Below are positions 55,934 through 64,000 of a DNA stretch of 64,000 nucleotides, in pieces. How positions within the stretch are numbered: the stretch's first letter is position 1; every line of letters starts with the position of its first letter. The notes below the pieces were generated by a model. It was not told the origin of the DNA. It saw nothing but the letters and a program-made list of their open reading frames with translations, and made no database searches. A program made the position numbers and the translations under genes. This DNA comes from Candidatus Nealsonbacteria bacterium DGGOD1a (GTDB lineage: Bacteria > Patescibacteriota > Minisyncoccia > Minisyncoccales > UBA5738), in contig CP092821.1 in assembly GCA_022530585.1 (NCBI GenBank), positions 198,222-262,221 on the forward strand, read 5' to 3'.

Positions 55934-56830
55934 ATGGCTACCATATACACCCATGCGGATGAAAATATCAGAAAAACATGGTTGTTGCTAACCTTCTTTT
56001 TTGTTTTTCTCATCGGTTTGGGATGGCTGTTGTCGCAGGCGCTGGGGGATTCGGGCTTTCTTTATGTCGCGGCGGCGATCGCGGTGTTTCAAAGTTTTTT
56101 CAGCTATTGGTTTAGCGATAAAATCGTGCTTTCAATGGCGGGCGCGCGCCCGATTGAAAAGCGCGATAAACCCGAACTTTATCGAATCGTGGAGAACCTT
56201 TGCATTACCGCCGGTTTGCCTTTGCCCAAAATTTATATCATTGAAGAAGCCCAGCCCAACGCGTTTGCCACCGGGCGCGACAAAAATCACGCCGTGGTGG
56301 CGGTAACCCGCGGCTTGCTGGAACGGCTTGATAAGCCGGAATTGGAAGGCGTGATCGCGCACGAATTGTCGCACATCGGCAACAAAGATATGCTTTTGCA
56401 AACAATCGTGGTGATTTTGGTGGGCGTTGTCGCCATTATTTCAGACCTGTTTTTTCGCGTCAGTTTTTGGGGCGGCGGGCGGCGCGACGATCGCGGCAAT
56501 GCCGGTTTGGTAATGCTGGCGTTTGGAATTATCGCCGCGATTTTGGCGCCGCTGGCGGCAACGATGATCCAGCTGGCGATCTCGCGCAAACGCGAATTTT
56601 TGGCGGATGCAAGTGCCGCGCTGTTAACCCGCTATCCCGATGGCTTGGCAAGCGCTTTGCGAAAAATTTCGGCCGATCCCAATCCTCTGCGCGCGGCCAA
56701 AGATTCCACCGCGCATTTATACATTGCCAATCCGTTTCGCGGCAAGCAAAAAAACTGGTTTTCCAAATTGTTTTTGACCCACCCGCCGGTGGAAGACCGC
56801 ATCAAAGCGCTCACCGATATGGCAATCTAG
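55934..56830 (+). CDS. htpX: zinc metalloprotease HtpX (M48 family)
   Basis: ATG at 55934. TM helices, NAFATG, HELSHIGNKD (HExxH) and EFLADASAALLT. Confidence 0.9.
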   Translation: MATIYTHADENIRKTWLLLTFFFVFLIGLGWLLSQALGDSGFLYVAAAIAVFQSFFSYWFSDKIVLSMAGARPIEKRDKPELYRIVENLCITAGLPLPKIYIIEEAQPNAFATGRDKNHAVVAVTRGLLERLDKPELEGVIAHELSHIGNKDMLLQTIVVILVGVVAIISDLFFRVSFWGGGRRDDRGNAGLVMLAFGIIAAILAPLAATMIQLAISRKREFLADASAALLTRYPDGLASALRKISADPNPLRAAKDSTAHLYIANPFRGKQKNWFSKLFLTHPPVEDRIKALTDMAI

Positions 56831-56838
56831 CGAAAATC

Positions 56839-56871
56839 AAAAATCGCATAGGTGAAACCTATGCGATTTTT
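56839..56871. terminator. bidirectional intrinsic terminator between htpX and the convergent gene
   Basis: aaaaatcgcatagg-tgaaa-cctatgcgattttt. Confidence 0.75.
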
Positions 56872-56891
56872 GTTTTAACTGTCTTGCTTGC

Positions 56892-57374
56892 TTAATTAGC
56901 TTTGGCGATGATGGCGGTGTAGTTTTTGCCGTAGGCTTTGGCGCATTTGGGGCAAGTGGTGTACCACATATACATTTTCTCGATTTTCAATCCTTTTTCT
57001 TTGGCGAAATTTTCAAAATCTTGGCACCATTTGCCGGTGTCTTTGAAATCGCCTTCATAGACTTTGCTCAAAAATTTCCCCGACAAAACAATATTCTCCG
57101 CGTCCGGGACGGCTTTATCCACGGCAACATACAAATCCATATTCCATTTTGAGGTATGGTCCGAAAGCGCCAGCCAATCCGGAGCTTTCGCGCCGGCTTT
57201 GTCTATTTTTGCCATCAGTTTCATGATGACGCCGCCGAAATTTACCGGCATATAAAATAAAGTGAAAACCTTGCCTTTGATGAATTTTTTGTCTTGCCAC
57301 TCAAAAACTTTGCCGTCCCATGGTTCGGGATTGAATTTGGGACAGCACCCGGTTTCTTGAATTTCGTTCTCCAT
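56892..57374 (-). CDS. conserved hypothetical cytoplasmic protein with CC...CPKC cysteines
   Basis: 160 aa. GCCPKFNPEPWDGKVFEWQDKKFIKG...YMWYTTCPKCAKAYGKNY. I recall the N-terminal CCPxFxPxxWD pattern from uncharacterised proteins but cannot name the family. Confidence 0.6.
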   Translation of the reverse strand: MENEIQETGCCPKFNPEPWDGKVFEWQDKKFIKGKVFTLFYMPVNFGGVIMKLMAKIDKAGAKAPDWLALSDHTSKWNMDLYVAVDKAVPDAENIVLSGKFLSKVYEGDFKDTGKWCQDFENFAKEKGLKIEKMYMWYTTCPKCAKAYGKNYTAIIAKAN

Positions 57375-57394
57375 ATTTTTACCTTGCTTATATT

Positions 57395-57496
57395 CTTTGA
57401 ATTACGAAACGCTTTGTATTTGGGGTCTATCCCTTGCGTAATCGCAAGGGTTAGACCCCTTCAAGGCATTTGAATTCAATGGTTTCGTAATTCAAG
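57395..57496. mobile_element. 102-bp palindromic MITE-like element, copy 2
   Basis: ctttgaattacgaaacgctttgtatttggggtctatcccttgcgtaatcgcaagggttagaccccttcaaggcatttgaattcaatggtttcgtaattcaag. Most positions are identical to 7360-7461. Confidence 0.6.
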
Positions 57497-57660
57497 ATTA
57501 TATTGATTGTTTGAATTGCTCGACTTTTAATTGATTTTAACTCTTTTTTCGTTTATAGTATATCCGTATCGCGCCAAAAACTGATTTTTGGATGGGAGAT
57601 ATGCAAGCATGATTTAAATCGTATTTAAGTACGATTTAAATATAGTGAATATATTTTTTT

Positions 57661-57748
57661 GGAGGGGTCGCATAGCGGCCGAGTGCGCGCGCTTGGAAAG
57701 CGCGTATACCGCAAGGTATCGCGGGTTCAAATCCCGCCCCCTCCGCCA
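57661..57748 (+). tRNA. tRNA-Ser (anticodon GGA), CCA encoded
   Basis: GGAGGGG...CGCGC-TTGGAAA-GCGCG-(long variable arm TATACCGCAAGGTATC)-GCGGG-TTCAAAT-CCCGC-CCCCTCC-G-CCA. Confidence 0.92.
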
Positions 57749-57776
57749 AGATTACCAAGTTTGAAGAAAAAACATT

Positions 57777-58508
57777 ATGTCGGAATATGTAATTTCAAAA
57801 ACTGAAATTAACCGAAGAAAAAAAGCTTATGCCACATTATCGATTAGCTTGATTGTTGGCCAAATTTTGGCATCGATGATATTAGATTTCCCAATCACTA
57901 TCGTTAATTATTTTTACTTTATCATAGCGTTCTTTCTATTGGGTGTGTTATCTTTTAGATCGCTTAATTTTCTATTGCACGCTAAAATCGTTTTGTCTAC
58001 TCAACTGCTTGAGAGAATAAACAACAAAACAATTGAAAGATTTATAATAGCAAATATTGTTAGAGTAAAAATTAAGAGAACAACTAAAAATACTATCAGG
58101 GAAATTTATATTTGGCTTCGAGATGGAAAGAGTGTATTTATTTCTGCCATTGAAAATTTTGAGCAATTTAAAGATGATCTAATAAGCAAGCTTGATAAAA
58201 ATGTTGCCGTAAAGGAAATACACGAACCAATTTATTTCGATCATCCATTGTTTTATTCAATTCTTGGTTTGCCAATTAGCTTTATTGGCATATATCTTAT
58301 TAAGTTAATCACAAATTTTGATTACGCGAAAATTGGGATAGTTTTACTTACTTTTTTGGTTTATTTATTTGCGGTTGGTATTTATTTTATTTATGCAAAG
58401 CCTATCTCAAAAAGATATGGCGAACAAACACGAATAATAGATTTTTTACTTGGGGCATTTATGGTTTGTTCAGGGATTATGTGTATTGTCCTTATCAAAA
58501 TGGCATAG
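57777..58508 (+). CDS. membrane protein of low-GC islet (2 TM + soluble domain + 3 TM)
   Basis: 243 aa, strongly AT-rich codons, no recognisable catalytic motif. Confidence 0.55.
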   Translation: MSEYVISKTEINRRKKAYATLSISLIVGQILASMILDFPITIVNYFYFIIAFFLLGVLSFRSLNFLLHAKIVLSTQLLERINNKTIERFIIANIVRVKIKRTTKNTIREIYIWLRDGKSVFISAIENFEQFKDDLISKLDKNVAVKEIHEPIYFDHPLFYSILGLPISFIGIYLIKLITNFDYAKIGIVLLTFLVYLFAVGIYFIYAKPISKRYGEQTRIIDFLLGAFMVCSGIMCIVLIKMA

Positions 58509-58625
58509 GATAGTGTATATAATCAACAAATTTTAATCGCAAAGTTTGGCACCTCAAAATATTCTGGTTTTTTTTGGTAAATTAGTCTTAGTTTTCGTAT
58601 AATCAAGTCAAGAGTCCGAATATTG

Positions 58626-58676
58626 AATCGTTTTATCGGTTCAAACTTCCGGACATCGCCACCGCCAGTAGTTTTG
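58626..58676 (+). repeat. 51-nt direct repeat DR1 (partner at 60125-60175)
   Basis: aatcgttttatcggttcaaacttccggacatcgccaccgccagtagttttg versus aaccgtcttatcggttcaaagttgcggacatcgcccccgccaataattttg: 44 of 51 positions match. Confidence 0.7.
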
Positions 58677-58765
58677 AAAAGTAGCAGTGAAAAAGACCTT
58701 ATTCTACCGCTACTTTTCTAAAACGAAATTTGATAAAATGAGTTAACCCTAAAGGGATTCGAACT

Positions 58766-59938
58766 ATGGAAAAATTTGAACAACAAAACAATCCAGAGAC
58801 AATTTCTAAATTCGAAGATTTTAGAGGTTTAGATTTGTCTGGAAAAGATTTAAGAGCGATACCAGTTGAGGTTTTAATAACTGCCGATTTTGATACACAA
58901 ACGACATGGCCAGAACAAAATAAATTACCGGCTGGTTTTAATCCAGAAAAAATAATTGATGAAGCAAAAAATCCTGGGCTTGGAATAGGTGGGTTACATC
59001 AAAAAGGAATAGACGGTCGAGGGGTTAGAGTTGCTATCATTGATCAGACTTTGTCATCCGAAACAGGAGAGTTCGTAGCACATTCAGAGTATGCTACAAA
59101 CATTATTGATTATAAAGAATATGGTGACGCAAAAGACGAAAGTGTAAGCATGCACGGCCCCGCTGTTGTTAGTTTGTTGGTAGGAAAAACATGCGGAGTC
59201 GCATCGAGAGCTGAACTTTTTTACAGAGCTACACCGTCAGGAAGAGATTTTGATCACAAAGCGGATGCATTGTTCGATATCATTGAATTCAATAGAACAC
59301 TTCCTCCTAAAGATAGAATTAGAGTAGTAAGTTGCTCGGTAGGTTATATGGAAGAAAAACCGGAACCGGGTTTGAAAAGATGGATTGAAGCTATTAAGAA
59401 GGCCGAGACAGAAGGCATTATAGTTTCCGATGTTGGTGATAGAACTGGTGTTGACTACATAGGAGGTGGAACGAGTGATGATAAAAATGACCCAGAGAAC
59501 TACAGTCGAGCATTGTTTTCGAAAGATCAAGGAAACGAGGAGTTGGATAAAGTTTTTGCGGAATCTGACGGAGGTGTTGACTTGATTTTGAGAAAAATAA
59601 GAGAAATAAAAAAGGATGAAGTTTCAAATATCCCTGATTCGGTTTTGAGAGAAAAAATACAGAAAGCCGTGGAGGACAGAGGAAAAGAAATAATAATTCC
59701 ATGTGACTACAGAACAATGGCGTCTAATGAGGGGTCGGAAGAATATATGTATAATGGAAAAGGAGGAATGAGCTGGGCTGTCCCATTCTTATCGGGTCTA
59801 TTTGCGTTAGCTTTTCAAGTTAATCCCAACCTTGCAAAAGAGGAAATTGCAGACGCAATAAATACAACTGCAAGTGTAAGCAAAAAAGGATTAAAGGTAG
59901 TTAACCCAAGGGCGTTTATTGAAGCTATTCAAATATAG
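58766..59938 (+). CDS. subtilisin-like serine peptidase (S8 family), no signal peptide
   Basis: Catalytic contexts VAIIDQT (Asp), SMHGPAVVSLL (His) and GGMSWAVPFLSGLFALA (Ser). AT-rich. Confidence 0.7.
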   Translation: MEKFEQQNNPETISKFEDFRGLDLSGKDLRAIPVEVLITADFDTQTTWPEQNKLPAGFNPEKIIDEAKNPGLGIGGLHQKGIDGRGVRVAIIDQTLSSETGEFVAHSEYATNIIDYKEYGDAKDESVSMHGPAVVSLLVGKTCGVASRAELFYRATPSGRDFDHKADALFDIIEFNRTLPPKDRIRVVSCSVGYMEEKPEPGLKRWIEAIKKAETEGIIVSDVGDRTGVDYIGGGTSDDKNDPENYSRALFSKDQGNEELDKVFAESDGGVDLILRKIREIKKDEVSNIPDSVLREKIQKAVEDRGKEIIIPCDYRTMASNEGSEEYMYNGKGGMSWAVPFLSGLFALAFQVNPNLAKEEIADAINTTASVSKKGLKVVNPRAFIEAIQI

Positions 59939-60124
59939 CCGATTGTAGCGATTATAGACTTAAATTCACTTTGTGCACCGGAAGTTGGGAAAAATCACAC
60001 TTCCATCGCATATTGTTGATATTAGTAGATTTTTTGAGCAAAAAGAGGAATTTCGTACCATTCTGGCTTTTCTCTGTAAATTTTCCTTAATTGCCATATA
60101 CTCTTATCAAGATTACTGAAGTCT

Positions 60125-60175
60125 AACCGTCTTATCGGTTCAAAGTTGCGGACATCGCCCCCGCCAATAATTTTG
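60125..60175 (+). repeat. 51-nt direct repeat DR2
   Basis: See DR1. Together they bracket the S8 peptidase gene. Confidence 0.7.
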
Positions 60176-60420
60176 CGGACAAAATTTGCGGTAGTTGGCA
60201 ATCGGCGGTTTGCTTGTGGGCGCTTGCCGCCATTGGCGCGGTCGCGCGGGGCGCGGGAAAGGCGGTTGCCGAGATCTCAACGAGACAGCCGTTGCTTGAA
60301 AATCCGCGGACCGATATTGTTATTGGTTTTTTTGTTTGGAATGGGTTAAAATCAATCAAAAGCGATAAGCGATGTTCCGAGGTGTTCCGGCGGATAAATA
60401 AAAAATAATAATAAAAAATT

Positions 60421-60804
60421 ATGGAAGAAGAAAAAGAGCCAAAAACAGAAAAAGAAGCGGCCGCGGCCATGGGCGGCCAATCCGCGGAAGCGAAAAAAAT
60501 CGCGCCAAAGGAAAAGAATACGGGGATGGCAATGGTGGCTTATATCGTGTTTTTCATTCCTTTGCTCACCGAAAGCAAGGACGATCCGTTCGTGAAATTT
60601 CATGTCAAACAGGGATTAACGCTGTTTGTGGCGTGGATTGCCATGGGCTTTGCGAGTATGATACCGCTCATCGGCTGGACGCTGGCGCCGTTCTTGAGTT
60701 TGGCGATGCTGGCGCTGATGGTCATCGGGATAATGAACGCCAACAAAGGGGAGAAAAAGCCTTTGCCGCTGATCGGCAAATATGCCGACAATTTTAAAAT
60801 CTGA
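60421..60804 (+). CDS. small membrane protein (DUF4870-like)
   Basis: 127 aa. ...ESKDDPFVKFHVKQGLTLFVAWI..., then two further TM helices. This pattern is typical of that family. Confidence 0.6.
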   Translation: MEEEKEPKTEKEAAAAMGGQSAEAKKIAPKEKNTGMAMVAYIVFFIPLLTESKDDPFVKFHVKQGLTLFVAWIAMGFASMIPLIGWTLAPFLSLAMLALMVIGIMNANKGEKKPLPLIGKYADNFKI

Positions 60805-60807
60805 TTT

Positions 60808-60855
60808 ATTAGACCTACTGCGTAAATATTTACGCAGTAGGTCTAATATTTTTTT
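60808..60855 (+). terminator. strong intrinsic terminator
   Basis: attagacctactgcgtaaata/tatttacgcagtaggtctaat form a perfect long stem, followed by attttttt. Confidence 0.85.
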
Positions 60856-60944
60856 GAAAAACCCGCGATTGTTATTTTTCGCGGATTTTTTGTATAATAA
60901 TAATGCGTGCTGTGCCGCGAGTTTTTGCTTAAAGTAATTATAAA

Positions 60945-62210
60945 ATGGTTTTCGCCCTCCCCAAAATTTTAATGTTCGGTTGGGAATTTCCGCCTCACAA
61001 TTCCGGCGGATTGGGTGTGGCCTGCCAAGGTTTGACCGGCGGTTTGGCGTCGTTGGGAGCAAAAATAACTTTTGTTTTGCCCAAAAAAATCAATTGCCAG
61101 CCGGCGCCGTGCCGCTTTGTTTTCGGGGATGCATGGACCGGCAAAAAAAGATATTTGTCCGGAGTTGATATGATCGCGGTTAATTCGCCGCTGTCGCCCT
61201 ACCTGACCGCGGAGAGTTATTCGCGGGAGATTGATCGCTGGGGAGAAAAAGATTTCACGCCGCGGCATTCAATCTGGCGCGAAGATTTGGTGGGGGAAGC
61301 GATGCGCTACGGCGAGATTGCCGAAAATATCGCGCGAGTCGAAGATTTTGATGTGATCCATTGCCATGATTGGCTTTCTTTGCCCGCGGGGATGGCCGCC
61401 AAAAGGGCTTCGGGCAAGCCGCTGGTGTTCCATATCCATGCCACCGAATACGACCGGGTGGGCGAAAACGGGTTGAATCGCGACATTTGCCTTATCGAAA
61501 AACGGGGGTTTGAAATTGCCGACGCGGTGGCCGCGGTGAGCGATTATACCAAGCGGCGTGTTGTCGACTGCTATGGCGCCGCGCCGGAAAAAATCACGGT
61601 GGTGCCCAACGCCGTCAATCACGCGGAATACGCGCCGGCGGTTTCCGACGAATTTTTAAAATTGAAAAAAAACGGCAAAAAAATCGTGTTGTTCGTGGGG
61701 CGGCTCACATTCCAAAAGGGGCCGGATTATTTTTTGAAAGCCGCGCGCGCCGTGGCGCGGATTGATAAAAGCGCGATGTTTGTTTTTTCCGGATCGGGAG
61801 ATATGGAGCGGTGGCTGATCGAAGAAGCCGCGCGGCTGGGATTGGCCGACCGAGTGGTTTTTGCCGGATTCTTGCGCGGCGCGGATTTGGCGCGTCTTTA
61901 CAAAGCCGCGGATTTATATGTGATGCCGTCGGTGTCCGAACCGTTCGGGCTCACTTCGCTTGAAGCGCTGGCCAGCGGCGCGCCGATATTGGTTTCGCGT
62001 CAGTCGGGAGTGGGAGAAATGGTTTCCAATTGCTTGAAGTGCGATTTTTGGGACACAAATCAAATGGCGGCAAAAATTCTGGCGGCATTGCGCTATTCGG
62101 CGCTGGGCGAAGAATTGCGCCAAAACGGATTGGTTGAAGTTAAAAAATTCGACTGGGTCGATTCGGCAAAAAAATGCTTGGGAATTTACCAAAGCGTTAT
62201 GACCGCTTAA
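60945..62210 (+). CDS. glycosyltransferase (glycogen/starch-synthase-like, GT4/GT5 type)
   Basis: 421 aa. N-terminal FPPHNSGGLGVACQGL and C-terminal PSVSEPFGLTSLEALASGAPILVS (EX7E-type). Confidence 0.8.
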   Translation: MVFALPKILMFGWEFPPHNSGGLGVACQGLTGGLASLGAKITFVLPKKINCQPAPCRFVFGDAWTGKKRYLSGVDMIAVNSPLSPYLTAESYSREIDRWGEKDFTPRHSIWREDLVGEAMRYGEIAENIARVEDFDVIHCHDWLSLPAGMAAKRASGKPLVFHIHATEYDRVGENGLNRDICLIEKRGFEIADAVAAVSDYTKRRVVDCYGAAPEKITVVPNAVNHAEYAPAVSDEFLKLKKNGKKIVLFVGRLTFQKGPDYFLKAARAVARIDKSAMFVFSGSGDMERWLIEEAARLGLADRVVFAGFLRGADLARLYKAADLYVMPSVSEPFGLTSLEALASGAPILVSRQSGVGEMVSNCLKCDFWDTNQMAAKILAALRYSALGEELRQNGLVEVKKFDWVDSAKKCLGIYQSVMTA

Positions 62211-62333
62211 AATTAAAAGTTGAAAAATCAAAATGTAAAATGACAATGTAAAATAAAAAATTACAAAATCAGAATTCCGCCAGGAATTCTACCTTAATTT
62301 TTAATTTTGATTTTTACATTTTCAATTTGAAGC
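62211..62333. repeat. AT-rich palindromic intergenic module, P2 dialect, with central GC hairpin
   Basis: gaaaaatcaaaatgtaaaatgacaatgtaaaat...agaattcc-gcca-ggaattct-accttaatttttaattttgatttttacatttt. Almost the whole spacer is repeated at 63564-63698. Confidence 0.65.
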
Positions 62334-63563
62334 GTGCCCAATATTTGTCTTTATCTTCACACCCATCAGCCGCGGCGATTGAAAAAATTCTCGGTTTTCG
62401 ACATTGGCAATCATGGCGACTATTTCGATCACGAGAACAACCGGCGGATTTTGGAAAAAGTCGCGCGCAAAAGTTATTTGCCGGCCAACCGGATGTTTTT
62501 GGATTTGATCCGCAAATCGCGCGGGCGCTTCAAATTGAGCTTGAGCGTCACCGGAATTTTACTGGAGCAATTGGAGGCCGAGTTTCCCGAAGTTTTGAAA
62601 AGTTTCAGGGATTTGGTGGAGACGGGTTGCTGCGAATTGGTTTCGGAAACCTATTACCACTCTTTGGCTTCGGTTTATTCCGCGGATGAATTCCGCCATC
62701 AAGTGGCGTTGCAGAACAATGCTTTGGAAAAACATTTTGATTTCGCGCCGAAATTTTTTCGAAATACGGAATTGGTGTATAATAATAATATCGCCGCCAT
62801 GGTGGAGCAAATGGGGTTTTCCGGAATGTTGGCCGAAGGGTGGGATGAGATTTTGCAATGGCGTTCGCCCAATTTTTTATACAAGGCTAAAAACGGTTCT
62901 TTGCGCCTGCTGGCGCGGAATTACAAGCTTAGCGATGATATCGGGTTCCGTTTTTCCAATCGCGAATGGAAGGAATGGCCGCTCACGGCGGAAAAATACG
63001 CCGAGTGGGTGAATCTTTTAAACATTGATTCGGGCGCGCAAACATTGAATCTCTTTATGGATTATGAAACATTCGGCGAACACCAATGGGAAGAGACCGG
63101 GATTTTCAAATTTTTCAAAGCGCTTTTCTGGAAGATTTCGGAAAATCCGCGCAATCGATTCGTTTTGCCGTCGCGGCTGATCGAGGAAATCCAGCCGGTC
63201 GGAGAATTGGATTTTCACCGTTTGGTTTCCTGGGCGGATATGGAGCGCGATTTGAGCGCGTGGAACGGCAATAAAATGCAGCAGGCGGCGCTGGAAAACA
63301 CATACGCGCTGGAAAACACCATTAAGGAAACAAAGGATGAGGCGCTGTTGGACGAGTGGCGCAAACTGCAAACCAGCGACCACTTCTACTATATGTGCAC
63401 CAAATGGTTTTCCGACGGCGATGTGCACAAATATTTCAATCCGTACGAAAGTCCCTACGAATCGTTTATCGCGTTTATGAATATCCATAATGATTTAAAG
63501 ATTAAGGCGGAAAAAATTTTGGAGTCAAAAAAGGTCGAACAAGCAAGCATGGTTAAAAATTGA
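62334..63563 (+). CDS. glycoside hydrolase family 57 (alpha-amylase/branching-enzyme type)
   Basis: GTG start, 409 aa. Motifs LYLHTHQPRRL, ETYYHSL, FMDYETFGEHQW and WADMERDLSAWxGN. Confidence 0.85.
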   Translation: MPNICLYLHTHQPRRLKKFSVFDIGNHGDYFDHENNRRILEKVARKSYLPANRMFLDLIRKSRGRFKLSLSVTGILLEQLEAEFPEVLKSFRDLVETGCCELVSETYYHSLASVYSADEFRHQVALQNNALEKHFDFAPKFFRNTELVYNNNIAAMVEQMGFSGMLAEGWDEILQWRSPNFLYKAKNGSLRLLARNYKLSDDIGFRFSNREWKEWPLTAEKYAEWVNLLNIDSGAQTLNLFMDYETFGEHQWEETGIFKFFKALFWKISENPRNRFVLPSRLIEEIQPVGELDFHRLVSWADMERDLSAWNGNKMQQAALENTYALENTIKETKDEALLDEWRKLQTSDHFYYMCTKWFSDGDVHKYFNPYESPYESFIAFMNIHNDLKIKAEKILESKKVEQASMVKN

Positions 63564-63698
63564 GAAATCAAAATGTAAAATGACAATTTAAAATTGAAAA
63601 TTACGCGCTCGGACATATTCGTCTCTGGCGATAAAAATCAAAATTCCGCAAGGAATTTTACCTCAATTTTTAATTTTGATTTTTGCATTTTAAATTTT
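63564..63698. repeat. AT-rich palindromic intergenic module, P2 dialect (duplicate of 62211-62333 with ~35-nt insert)
   Basis: gagaaatcaaaatgtaaaatgacaatttaaaattgaaaattac[gcgctcggacatattcgtctctggcgat]aaaaatcaaaattcc-gcaa-ggaatttt-acctcaatttttaattttgatttttgcatttt. Confidence 0.65.
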
Positions 63699-64000
63699 AT
63701 GATTAAAACAGCTCCCAAAAAAAAGTTGCCGTCGATGATCACCGATGTCGAACCGGAAAAAAGTTTTTGGCTAAGCGACGGCCGCACTTTGAAAAATCTG
63801 AAAGAATTGGCAATCGCTCTTGAAACAATGGACGAGTCGGTTTGGAATTATCATGTTACCGCCGAAAAGAACGATTTTGCCAATTGGATCGAAGAGATAT
63901 TCGGGCAAAATTTGTTGGGTTCGTCCATTCGCAAGGTGAAGAGCCCGCGCACCGCCGCCAAAAGGATACAAAGCAAGCTCGAGATACCCAAGTTCTGGTC
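63699..64000 (+). CDS. hypothetical protein, 5' part (continues past window end)
   Basis: ATG at 63699, open to base 64000. FWLSDGRTLKNLKELAIALETMDESVWNYHVTAEKNDFANWIEEIFG. I did not recognise the family with confidence. Confidence 0.5.
   Translation, partial: MIKTAPKKKLPSMITDVEPEKSFWLSDGRTLKNLKELAIALETMDESVWNYHVTAEKNDFANWIEEIFGQNLLGSSIRKVKSPRTAAKRIQSKLEIPKFW

Noticed and set aside
58626-58676. DR1/DR2 as bona fide tRNA 3' fragments (att sites)
   Set aside because: They share only short words (GGTTCAAA, CGCCNCC, GCCA) with tRNA-Ser and do not fold as a T-arm plus acceptor. They are kept as direct repeats and mentioned only as a weak possibility.
60176-60420. GC-rich 245-nt untranslated stretch after DR2 as a known structured RNA (SRP RNA, RNase P, tmRNA, 6S)
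   Set aside because: I could not find the diagnostic motifs: GGAAAGUCC-type for RNase P, the SRP domain IV GNAR/AGCA symmetric loop, or a tmRNA tag ORF with a tRNA-like end. The three small overlapping ORFs here also lack support. The region is left unannotated.

Overview
The window looks like a compact, gene-dense bacterial chromosome segment. Gene content and style are consistent with a Patescibacteria/CPR-type organism, but that placement is inference only. The genetic code is standard, since TGA is used as a stop. Bases 1-10.7 kb hold a type IV pilus (T4P) locus: a pilO-like 3' end, pilB, a stand-alone CheY receiver, pilT, pilC, two tandem major-pilin paralogs, pilD and two minor pilins. 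Three very large secreted, cysteine-rich, repeat-built surface proteins follow directly (10.8-18.5 kb). The rest is mostly housekeeping: a SEDS protein, an O-antigen-ligase-like/TPR membrane protein, rpoB-rpoC, ftsK, recA, rpsF-ssb-rpsR, a phosphohexomutase, trpS, RNase J, galU, secG, groES-groEL, lemA-htpX, two tRNAs and a GT/GH57 glycogen-type pair. Accessory material is interspersed: a hicBA pair, a ParB-like nuclease-domain gene, secreted PHP and beta-helix/SGNH enzymes, and a low-GC islet next to tRNA-Ser. The most unusual signals fall into five groups. (1) The pilus-linked giant adhesin-like trio, one member ending in a VirB2/TrbC-like two-helix domain. (2) A 1.15-kb insertion in pilD bracketed by a duplicated pilD 5' end. 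(3) A roughly 110-nt three-hairpin repeat family with compensatory substitutions, one copy precisely interrupting an NYN-domain gene. (4) A 102-bp palindromic MITE-like family. (5) Three 'dialects' of AT-rich palindromic modules that fill nearly every intergenic spacer. No CRISPR array, rRNA, transposase or integrase gene was seen. All functional calls rest on motif recognition by eye, not on database searches.
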